A stretch of 63,139 nt of DNA from Acanthaster planci (lineage: Eukaryota). Shown here piece after piece: positions 52,431 to 63,139 of the stretch. A program made the translations under genes and the position numbers. The stretch covers positions 686,671-749,809 of the forward strand of contig NW_019091357.1 of NCBI RefSeq assembly GCF_001949145.1. Direction: 5' to 3'. Under the pieces are notes generated by a model. It had not been told where the DNA came from. It worked only from the letters and a program-made list of their open reading frames with translations, and did no database searches. How positions within the stretch are numbered: position 1 is the stretch's first letter; every line of letters starts with the position of its first letter.

Positions 52431-52663
52431 ATGAAATCCGACAAAGGAAAGCCAGGGATGCACTTCCGCGGTTTTTCTGTCAAGATCGGGGAAAAGGGCA
52501 TTTCAATCCAGCAGAACCTGACCCCACTGCCAGAGCCCAGGGAACCAAGGGGTGGAGTCATCACCAGGCCCCGCCTCCGATACACAAGACACACCCATGG
52601 TGAAGGGGCCACACCCATGGGATACCCTAAAGGGCCAGTCTTTCTAGACTGGGCTAGCACAAA
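52431..52663 (+). CDS. Candidate alternative first coding exon
   Basis: MKSDKGKPGMHF...LDWAST, ends AA|GTAAGT, phase 2. Confidence 0.55.
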
Positions 52664-54106
52664 GTAAGTTGTCCTCAAATTCCCCCTTTTTTAAAATTGG
52701 TTACAGGTTTTCATAATTTTGAGTAAGCACAACTTTGGCATTCTCAGGAACAATTTGTGGAACTCTCGTACTTTCCAACCCCCCGGATGATTTTTTGTTT
52801 CCTCTTTGGTCAGTTGTAGCCTGGCATGCAATGCAGCGTTGTCTTAACTGCAAAACAACTTGTATCTTTCCTCTACAACTCTGAAAGAGGCTCAGATAGA
52901 ATAAATTATCTGGTTCATGATGTAAAGTCGTTTAAAAAACTTTGACCTCTTTTGCGTTTGAATATCTGCCAGTTTTACATGTTCAGGTTTGTAACTCTTT
53001 TTGCCAGTCAAGGAAGTGTATATTTTTTAAGCCTTTAAAACTTCCAAACAGCTGTGACTGCAACGTAAACAGTACACCATCACATGTGAAGCGATAATTT
53101 GAAAGCATACAAAGTGTTTGAAACTTCCAAGGACATGATTTCAGAAACGTCAGAGAGAAATTTCTGTAGGAGGGAGAGGCTTTTGGAAATTAGGGGTCCC
53201 AAACTCTTGAGGCTATAGATTTATCCCTGATGTATATCACCTCAGCTGTGACAACTTTATCAATAATATCAAATTCTTGTAATTGAGATATTTATAGAGT
53301 CTAGTTGATATAAATTTATAAATAACATCTTATAACTTTCACGATTGGGATTGCAATCATCTGTTTCCAAAGATAACATACCCTTTACAAACTGTAAAAG
53401 GTGTGGATTAATTTGCTGAAGTAAAACTCCCACCGTATCTATCAGGTGCACATCCTTTGTAGAAACACCTGCTTTACTGGAAGACAGCCATCATTCTTCC
53501 TTTCTCTTCTTGATACTGTCAGAAATACGTCCGTTCAGACCCCCTGGCTGTCAATAGATGTGGTAAATACATGTAGCAGGTGTATTATTCATAATCTCAT
53601 TTAACTGTTTTTTCTCCTTTCTTGCATCGTGTTGGATATAATTCTGCTGTTTATTCTCTCCGGTTAGTGATGCTGAAATGTTCCACGCCAACTGTTGCTC
53701 TAGGTTGTGCGGGCCTGACGTACATTTCACATCCTGTTTAATTGTATTCTTCTGACAATAAGGTCTGCATTCATAGATTTGGAATATTCGTAAACTGTAG
53801 TTATGTTGCCCTGAAGGTGTTAGCTCTGTGGAATTGAGTATTGACAGATGTGGGTACATGTTCCAGTACTTTGAGTGTGTCCAGTCAAGATGACAGTTAC
53901 TACTGGAAGATTAAGCTTTCAGCAAGGTGTGAAGATCCTGCTTAGAAATTGAACAAACGTTGTTGATGACAAATGGACTGACGGTCTGATTTGGCTAATA
54001 CTAACTGCCAGTTAAACTTGTACAGCACTCAAGCCATGGATGGATGGTAAACTTGTCCATGGAGCATGGGTTTTGTCCTGTTTAGATTGGATCCGTTTTG
54101 TGCATA

Positions 54107-54378
54107 ATGGGATGCCGAGGCAAAGATTTTAATGTGGATTTCATCGGCCATGCCCTTGGCAATTGCTTGGACCCACCCTCCACTGCATCATTACAGCACA
54201 GCCACATGCGACGATGCTTGAGCTATACTCGCTTCTCCTCCTGCCTCAGTAATAAATTGCAGAGGCCACTCAGCAGACAGTGTATCATTGCCAGCCCATG
54301 CTCCAATGAAGATGACATCATTCACATGATGATCAAAGGTCATCCCTGTCACATCCAAGAGAAAGATTTCAGACCAAG
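54107..54378 (+). CDS. Candidate alternative first coding exon (MGC- start)
   Basis: MGCRGKDFNV...EKDFRP, ends AG|GTATGC, phase 2. Confidence 0.5.
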
Positions 54379-55279
54379 GTATGCAAGCATAGTTTCCTGG
54401 ATTCTCTCCATATATCAAGCAAGTAGTGATGAATTGATTGTTAGATACAAATGAAAAGGAGGAAGGAATATGGATCTTCTTCCCAAATTTTGCATATTTA
54501 CTGTCCAAGTTTTGCACAGTGTGTGGTGCTGGAAAAAGGAAGCTTTGTTAAGTACGCTGTCATTTCTTCAGGATAAGGATTGTTCTTGTTTGTTGCCTTG
54601 ACGCAGTTCTCTGGGGTCAGACTCCTGAATAGGACGCTATTGTCACAGTCCTTTCAAGTCCTGTCTACCTGGAGTGTTTGCACCATTGATTAAATTGAAG
54701 GGCTAATAGTTTATCGGGACTCTTAATCTAGCCAATATTGATCCAAATGCCGGGGTTCTGACACTCTGGTAAGATGAAATTTTTTGCCCTGTTTTTTCCT
54801 ACAAAGTGGAAGAGTCCATGTTCAACTGATCTGAATGCATAACTACTTTGTGAAATCATAGAGCAGGGAAGCAGAAACCTAGAAGTCTTGGACTTGTAAT
54901 CTTGTTGCTTTCAGTTTACAAGAGAAATAGTTAACATCTGAAGACAGTGAGTTTGAGACGTTCCACTTTCTGCTAATGACAGGGATGAACAAGTTTTCAG
55001 TTTGCCTTAATGACAAAGCCGAGTCCTACAGGTGTACAGGCAGCCTTTGTGTGGCACGTATTTACAATGTATGTCAACTCCAAAGATAGCTTCTAATTGA
55101 TGTCTGCCAGGCTTTTTTTTTTTTTGGAAGTAACTGTATTTCACAAAAAGTTCCTGTCAAATGAAGTCTCCAGCATTTAAAATGAAGGTCATAGGGGGGT
55201 TGGATCATTAATGATCCTGTCAGGGATGTGAGCTGCCTCCAGAGTGCACTTTGAACATTCGTTGGGATCTTCAGAAGAC

Positions 55280-55440
55280 ATGCAGGACAGGGTAGCCTCC
55301 CATGGGGACCTCAGTGTCCAAGGAATCAGCAGCAATGGAAGGAATAGCTCTGCCCTGAACCTGCCCAAGATCAGCTCTAAATGGGTGCTGTTTGATGCCA
55401 TGATGTTGAAACGACAAACCCACAGACAAACCCACAGACG
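55280..55440 (+). CDS. Candidate alternative first coding exon
   Basis: MQDRVASHG...RQTHR, ends CG|GTAAGT, phase 2. Confidence 0.55.
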
Positions 55441-55924
55441 GTAAGTCTCAGGCCATGGACTTGCATCAGTGTCAGATGCAAATTTACACATGGACAGAAA
55501 GTTGATGGAAACTTGTTTGGGACATCTGTAAGGTACATATATTCCTTTTCATTTTGCAAAACCTTTGAGAGTTTCTTCAGTCTATGTAGGTTTGACATCA
55601 TCAGTCATGTCAGTGTACTGTTAACCACTAGCAGCACCAAGTTTGTACATTGTTTTTTAGTCCTTGGGAAATGTATTTTCCACTTTGGTCTTGAAACATT
55701 TTTCACAGAACCCTGAAGGTTCGAACAAAACTGAAAGAATCTTCATATTAAATCAAGTTAACATAGGATCATTTACAATCGATCTTTGCCATAAAAATTC
55801 TTTTTGATGTCGGGAGAAAATTAGAAAAAAAATGGTTTACATGAGATTTCACAAGCACCAATACATACAGGTTACAATAAATGACCAGTCGTTTCTGTAC
55901 TGACCTTACGGCATTTCAAAATTG

Positions 55925-56013
55925 ATGAGACTATTGATTTTGAGGTTGGAGAGCTGGATGAAAACTAAAGCCAGTACACTCTGTCAAACAAACAGTGACC
56001 CAACGCTATTGTT
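55925..56013 (+). CDS. Candidate alternative first coding exon
   Basis: MRLLILRLESWMKTK...DPTLL, ends TT|GTAAGT, phase 2. Confidence 0.4.
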
Positions 56014-56361
56014 GTAAGTCTCGATCTGTCTGGTGGGAGCCTATTTACACCTGCTTGGGTCCATAAAATCTCAGACCAGACATCACTTTTCCACTCATCA
56101 ATGTTGCAACAGTTCCAAAGGTTTGATGCCCAGAGATTTCAAGGAAATGTTACGGAACAACATGCCAGCGGAGTAAGCTGAGTTGAAGTCCAAGAAGCTT
56201 TCTTTCATCGTGTTATGCGGCAAAGATTGTCACAGGTTGTCCACTTTGTAGCTTAAATGCCTGTTGTCATCCGCCAGTTGTCATGTGCGATGCTGTAGTA
56301 CATGTATATCATGTACTGTAGGCCTACATGTGTCCTGATTGGTGTTGACTTACCCACGGTG

Positions 56362-56417
56362 ATGAAGTCCAAAACATTTCGAACGCTGGGATCTTGCTTG
56401 GCTTATTCCACAGCAAG
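56362..56417 (+). CDS. Candidate alternative first coding exon
   Basis: MKSKTFRTLGSCLAYSTA, ends AG|GTGAGT, phase 2. Confidence 0.45.
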
Positions 56418-58030
56418 GTGAGTTCCCCTGATCACTCTAAATTGCCAGATTAGAGAAAGAGCTGTTGTAGGAAAGTATAAAGAAGTATCAATTGGTCAAC
56501 ACTTAGAAAATCGATTCAAAGAGATCAGAGTGTCACATGTTGATCGAACTGGTAACGAGAAAGCCCGTACACTTACCTCTTTAGATCTACGCCACAAAGC
56601 AAACTTTCACGTGTCATTGGTCAGAAGATCTCACATCATTTCATATTATGTTAGTTATAAAATCATTATAAAATCATTTCAAATGAAATGAAAGTCTGGT
56701 AGGGTAGAAGCATTGAGCAAAGAAGCTGTAGACTATTCATTATTTCTTTATCCTCAAGAACCACAATCTGTGACTCCCTGCCTATTTGTTGATCAATTAC
56801 CAGACCCAGCCCTTGTGCTGTAGGCAGACAGTTACATGTAACACCTGCTGTCATTAGATAATTGGCTGGTGGTGATGTGCTTCCATTGATATGGGGATCA
56901 TGCTTGTAATGAGGCAGGTGTATTCAAACTTCAGTGAACCATTACCCACTCCATTTTTCCTGACAACCATTACATCAGTGACTGATTCAAGAGAGTTATT
57001 TCTCTTGGTAGCTTTAGTGACATTTTCATCTTGAGGTCCTGATAGTTCACAGTATTAACATCACTTGCTGTTATTTATTTTATTCTGAAGACTTATCTCA
57101 GACGTTTCCATGTAATTGATGTTGTGCAGCACATAATCACGTGCATGTAGTAGGGATTTGAAGATGTAAAACTATAGTTTTTTTCAATGAAGTCTCCTCA
57201 AGAAATGTGATGATTGGAAAAAAAGGAACTGTGGCATTCTGTGATTCCTGATCTGCAAGTCTTGCTCTTACTGGATCGTCAGAGTTGTTATTCCCACATG
57301 CCTGACAATTTGCCACCAATGTAAGAACACATAGCAATGTAACAACCCTCAACCCAGAGATGATGTCAATAGTTTGTGTCATTCAACATGTATTGTCGTA
57401 AGCATTAGGGCTAACCCGAGAAAGTTTCCCTGGGGCCATTCCTAAACAAGAACAGTTATGGATTATTTGTGCTGGAATGAAATCCTCTGATGTTTACCCA
57501 GGAATTACTTCTGCCCAGCTCCCACTGAACAGAAGGAACAGCAGTCCTCCTTGTTAGCTTTGACTAATGCCCTTCCAAATAGACACAGCATTTAATGGCA
57601 AAGAGATACAAGCAGGTGACAACCTGTAAGCAAATATCACAGAAAGATGCTATTGGGCAGAAGGGACAAGGCTTCGTCCACACAGATGCACCGTCCATGC
57701 AGATGCACCGGGCAATCAGCCATCTGTGCCAGCCAGTTTGCACGCTAATAGACTACCCATACAGTTCTGTCATCAGGTGTTGAGAAGGACCATGCATGTC
57801 TGCAGTAGTCCAAAGTAATACTCGTTAATGGCTGAATCAACATCATCAAGTGAGCTGTTCCCTGATGCTATCTGCCCAGTGCATCAGTGTAGTCTGTTTT
57901 TTCCCAGTTAGACTAAAAAAGCCATTGAGAACCTAATTTTCTGAGGTGGAAGAAAAAACATGCTGGTTAAATTGATTGACATTTGCATGTATGGTCCAGA
58001 GAGTGGGAGGTTTAGTTTTGGTGACTGAGT

Positions 58031-58116
58031 ATGGATTCTAGGAATGGTGTGTGTCCCTATGCTGGACTTGTCCTGCAGTTGAGAAGGGATCCATTCTTCT
58101 GTAGAGTTCCTTTATG
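58031..58116 (+). CDS. Candidate alternative first coding exon
   Basis: MDSRNGVCPYAGLVLQLRRDPFFCRVPL, ends TG|GTAAGT, phase 2. Confidence 0.5.
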
Positions 58117-58790
58117 GTAAGTTGTACTAAATAATTTTTATTTTAATTAATTTGTGCGAATTCATACACAAGGTGAAATGCACTTTAAACATGGACATTG
58201 ATACCATGTAGGGCCGGCAGTTCATGAGACTAACATGTTTTTGTGATGTTTGGCTTTTGTTTGTTTGTTGGGTTGTTTGTTTGTTTGCTTTTTGGTTTTT
58301 GTCACAAAAGCAGGAGGGCCTGGCATTTTTGATTCTAGGAGATAAAAGGCAAAGTGCCTTTTGGTTTTTTTATTTTTCTCCGTTTAGTGGGAGGAATTTG
58401 AAGTTTAATCTCAGGAGAGTTGCAAATTATTCTGAAAGCTACAATGTAGTTTGAGTTAGATGGCAGCTCTGCCTCTGCGCCAAAAAGGATTGACTAGGAA
58501 TGCTGGTGCATCCAACTTGATTTTAGAGTATATGCTTCCATTTGGCCTGCTAGGGTCATTGCAGTTTGGTAAATATTTGCCAATAGAATGCCAAGGGGGA
58601 GAACAGAGGCCACACTGGTACGCTTAACCCAGATTCCAGGCATAAGGACATGGCATTTTGCCTGTTTAGATTGAGTCTTTTGAGGACTGTAATGCGACTC
58701 CTTGTGTTTTGTAAACTGCCCAGTTTATTTGTCATGAAATACGGTCGGGCAGTGATAGCCTAGCATCCTATCAGTTGCATAAAATGCAGG

Positions 58791-58903
58791 ATGTTGAAGC
58801 CCAAGCCACTATTCAGCATCATGTACATCACCAGCTTAAGTCGGTGGCATTTTATGCGTGCCTTGCCCAGGAAGAACTTGAATGCATTGCCGCCTATCCG
58901 TTG
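58791..58903 (+). CDS. Candidate alternative first coding exon
   Basis: MLKPKPLFSIMY...ALPPIR, ends TG|GTAAGT, phase 2 (an overlapping phase-0 frame from the ATG at 58784 also exists). Confidence 0.45.
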
Positions 58904-60743
58904 GTAAGTTGGCTAATCATTCATCTTATATACGGTATATGCAAGCCGTGACCCATTTCATGGACCCACTGTCATGAAGTATGTCATATAAAATAAAAAA
59001 TCCAAGAGAAATTGATCCCGTATGTTTTCCGTTTTGGACATGCTGAAAACACTTGTTTGTTACTTTTTCCTGTTAAATTGTAATTAATTGGTTAACCTCC
59101 AGATGTTCATAACCCACATATATCCTCTTTTCTTGGTCACATGGTCAGCTTGTTCTTCAATGTTTGAACCTTTGATTCTTTTCCACTGTCCGCTCCGAGC
59201 CGAGGTGCACCTCCAATCCGCCCGGCAAAAGAAAGACAGGTGTTTACAAGCAGGTTCTTGCAGGTTTTCTGCGTGTACGCAAAGACCATACATGGCGGAA
59301 TAAATTAGTTACGCGTACCCAGCGTGCTTCACGTCTAACACACATACATGTACATCACTTGCGTGCCTCATGGTGCGCCCATGCGGTGACTCAGTACCAA
59401 AAAAAGGGGCCCTCTTTTGTTCCACTTGGAGCCATTCAAAAGATCATAGTTTTTTTTTACTTTCTGAATGAGATTGATTGCAAGTCACGTGAAATAGAGC
59501 ACATTACATTATTTACTCATTCATGAATAAGAAGAGGTAATATGACTTTATATTAGGGCACAAAGATACAGTGACATACGATGCAGCAGTCTAAATTGCA
59601 CATTTGCTATTTACAGTGATGTTTTCCATTTGATCGAAAAGTTGATTGTGTTGTATATAGTGCCTGTAACTTTTCATATTTTCACATGCTCTAAGATGTC
59701 CTAAATCAAAACGATGTTTGAGGTTTACATGCAACAAATTGTGATGCATGCAGTACCCTTTCTAAGATTAATTTACTAAGTTATTGGTAACTTCTTGCAC
59801 AAAATGGAAATTGTCCATGTTCCTCCTTCCCCTTAAGCTGTGAATTTTCTAGACGTTCCTGGCTTCAGCCTGCTGACTGAGTTGATTCATGATTTTGATA
59901 GTACTTTGCGCAGTACTATAAGTGTAAATGTACTGTACATGTGTATGTACCAGTACTTTGAACTTACATGTACAGTAGCTGTAATCATACAGCACAGGTT
60001 ATCACAACACGGCACTGTAGTATCCATTGCCAATTTCCCCTCCTAACCTACTTGCACCCCTCTGTGTAAAGTGATCAGACCCAATCAATTATGCAGGTGC
60101 ACTGAGGTCCTGCCTGTAGATTACATGTACAAGCACAGCTAGGGGCATGCTGTGTGTGTGCATGGGCTGTACACAGGCCTGTATTATAATGACAGGCTAG
60201 ACTGCCTTGGTCTGTGTGTGCATTTGTGTAGGCCAGGCTTGTTATCTGGGTATTCAGTGTTAGTGCGGCTGAGCATAGGGCGTAGTACATAGCTGTCCTT
60301 TCCCGCCATTACTGCTCACAGGCGTATTCTGCCTGTTTGTTCTGGTGGAATTCTCCTGTGGATGGATGTTTTGATGCTACTGCTAGACACCCATCTTGAC
60401 CGTACCAAAGTCTGCTGAGAATGTTCATTTCAACTGAGGTGTCGAGATTCTGGTTCTCAGGGCTGGGGATAGACTGTACTGTTGAAGCCTTAAGCTCACC
60501 AAAGGCTTACATGTACATGTAGTTGTTTGCCAGTATAAGACTTGGAATGCGTGCATGCATGTCTCATTGTGATTGAATCCTGAAGAACGTTTATAATTGT
60601 GGGATAGACACATACAGAATACAGCAGTGTTAACAAAGTCTGTCTTCAGACTCTTTAGACTTGTATACCGTGCTGTAAGTGTCCTACCGTCAGCATTTTT
60701 AACTTAAGCCAGTGCTGTGTCTTCATTGGACCCACTTGCTGCC

Positions 60744-63139
60744 ATGCGGGGTGCAGACAAGAAGACACGAGCTGATAACTTCAGCGAGGAAGATAAAGGC
60801 TTACTGCTGTCACTGATCGCAGACCACGTGGCAGTCTTAGAGTGTCGTAAGACAGACCACAAGAACAACTCGGCCAAGTATAAGGCATGGGCGGCTATCT
60901 CCAAGAAGTTTCATCGTCAGGCATCTCACCCGCGTAACTTCACCCAAATGAAGGTATGCTGACTTTAGACCAGGGATCATTTTCGTAAGTGTTAAATATT
61001 GGATATTTGCAGAAAATTAAAACACGTAAGTTTAAGGCTACATGTATATGCACATGCAAACAGTTTTGATGCAAGAGCAATCATAAAAGGAGATTGTCAC
61101 AATCCAGTGTGTTGTGTTGAAGTAGTATTAATAACTTCTGAAAAAACCCTCAAATTTTCAAGGTATGTTGTAATTATATTGTTGTTAACCCATGTTTTTT
61201 TATATTGTTGCTCCTTTTTTTAAAGAAATATCTGAAAATCATCCGTCACTTTAGAGAAGTAGTAACATGACTTTTAATGTATGTTCTTTTGTAACTTTTC
61301 AGAAATTTTTGAAATTTGACTAACGAGCTAAAGTAATGCTGATTATTGTTAACATTGTTCGTATTGTCGGAACAGTTTGCAAGACATTCATGTACACCTG
61401 CCATTGCACATGTTCTTTACTGGTACCATCCCCCATGTTTCTCTCTGTCTTGTGTCAAGGATCTCTACCGCCGTCTTAAGCTGAAAGCCAAGAAGGAGGT
61501 GGGTCCATGGCTGAAGGCGTGTGCTGAGTCGGGTTCTGGAATGCCCCTTCCAGGGTCACAGGTGATACAGCCTGATGACACAAGCTTCTTAGTCTATGAA
61601 ATGATCAAGCCGTACAAAGAGGAACTCTGTCCGGACGATGAGAAGCAAGAGATGATCTTGGCAGCGGCCTTGAAGAACAGGTATTTCTTAGAGCCAAGTT
61701 CAAATGGCAATCTTTACCAGTGTTGTATTTGAGTCCATCATAAGTCCTTTCATAAGTCCCTCAGGGGTGTGAGAATTCAGCTTTTAGCTGATTCAGCTTT
61801 TTTGGTTTGGATTTTTATCATAACTTTGAGCTTTTTTGTACACCTGCGTTGTACAAAATTATAGAAACTGTTAATGTTTCAGCCTTTTGTTAGCTGTTTT
61901 CAGCTTTTTTGTATGCGGCCACTCACACCCCTGGTCCCGTCTCAAGGCCAGTCATAAGTAACAGGTTGAACAGTTACAAAAGAATGCTTTTGTCACAGCT
62001 TATTTGAATAGCTTGTGAATTGGCTTGAGATTGAATGACTTGTGATGGACTTACAAGAATTTGTGATGGGCTTACAGGGACTTGTAATGAACTTACAGGG
62101 ACTTGTGGTGGCTTACAGGGACTTGTAATAGACTCAAATACAAAACTGATCATTACCAATCCAGTACTCAGGATATATTTGGTGAATGGTTTACCATATG
62201 CATTAATCACTCGTTATATTTGAATACCTAATAATGGCATCGTGGAAATAAATGTTGGAAGTGAAAACTTTGCAACTACATGTACATATTCTTGGCACTG
62301 TGTTGAGAATCATGGAATTGCTACTTTGCACACTGTATTGCGGTGGAAATAGACGCAGTGTACATTTCGTTTTAGTCAGAGTTTCATCAGGGTTTTTTGG
62401 GGGGGGTATTTTTTCTGGCAGAGATCTGAGTGAAGCCTTCCTGGTAAAACCAGCTGCTGACGACGAGAATGAAGGTGAGGAGAATGTGGTGGAGGAACCA
62501 ATTTTGAAATCTGAACCCGGTGAGTGTGAAATCTCAGATGAGGAAACAGACGCCAGCTCTGAGATGAGAGTCAAGGAGGAACCCGATTTTGAATACGTAC
62601 CTCCAAGCATCGCCAAGGTTGCCACGGAGGTGGCAAGTGAAGTACCAGAAGCCCCACCCAGAACAGAACGCTCCTGCATCAAGAGGACTGCAGAGAACCA
62701 TCAAAGCACACCACCCAGTACCTTCACCAATCCTTTCCGTCGTCCAAATAGAAGCCACGAGTTGGACCCCATGGCCAAGAGGCGTCGTACCTTTCCTGCG
62801 TTTGAACCACGACTGAGCAGCAACAGCATATCACCCAGGCAGAGCAGATTTGGTAGCATCTTCAACCGGCAGAATCCCTGGGGAGAAGGCAGCAACAGCT
62901 TCAGTCGTGAGCCGACCCTGACGTTGGACAGAAACCACGACCCTAATGAGGATGGCGTGGAAGGGATGTCTCCCTACGAAGAAGCTATGTTCCACATGGC
63001 TCAGGCTGAACACAAAGCCAAAATGCTGGTGCTGCAGACCCAGAGAAGGGCAGAGACTGCCAAGGAAGAGGCGTATAAGATGATCTGGCAGAATGCGCAG
63101 TTGCAGCGAGATTTGCTACAGTTACAGTATGAAAACATT
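60744..63139 (+). CDS. Myb/SANT-like DNA-binding domain protein (MSANTD3-like, Harbinger-type Myb); 3' end outside the window
   Basis: Exons 60744 (or acceptor 60713)-60953, 61460-61680, 62422->63139. KKTRADNFSEEDKGLLLSLI..VLECRKTD..KYKAWAAISKKF..RNFTQMKDLYRRLKLKAKKE fits the Myb_DNA-bind_5 pattern; an acidic linker with LKSE/VKEE and a C-terminal EHKAKMLVL coiled coil follow. Confidence 0.85.
61762..61933. mobile_element. hAT-like MITE
   Basis: TIRs CAGGGGTGTGAG / CTCACACCCCTG with internal TTCAGCTTTT repeats; TSD not clear. Confidence 0.75.
61976..62135 (-). repeat. Diverged inverted copy of the 21-bp minisatellite-bearing repeat
   Basis: AAAGAATGCTTTTGTCACAG.. then ~4 units like GACTTGTGATGGGCTTACAGG; reverse complement of 4614-4850. 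Confidence 0.75.

Noticed and set aside
57595..57776. Additional phase-2 first exon (MAKRYKQ...)
   Set aside because: The donor AG|GTGTTG is weak; left out pending junction data.

Overview
Eukaryotic (animal, probably marine invertebrate) genomic window with intron-rich genes; no prokaryotic features. Left to right: (1) 3' half of a + strand TRP-superfamily cation-channel gene (1-7844); (2) an 8-unit ~150-bp tandem array of tRNA-like Pol III cassettes between convergent genes (~8513-9630); (3) a complete 24-coding-exon CSE1L/exportin-2 gene on the - strand (11280-24441, 962 aa); (4) head-to-head with it, NUP153 on the + strand (26550-42894, 17 coding exons, with an apparent +1 frameshift in exon 7 and one RanBP2 zinc finger crippled by an in-frame deletion); (5) from a CpG-rich promoter at ~48.1 kb, at least eight unrelated ATG-initiated candidate first exons that all end at a splice donor in phase 2, followed by a Myb/SANT-like (MSANTD3/Harbinger-type) gene that has an in-frame phase-2 acceptor and runs off the window end. 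Introns carry many MITEs, SINE/LINE remnants and minisatellites. Most notable: the variable-first-exon array, the tRNA-derived array, and a 42-nt antisense copy of a CSE1L exon in the neighbouring gene's 3' UTR. Exon coordinates were read by eye from GT/AG sites and frame continuity; no searches were run.
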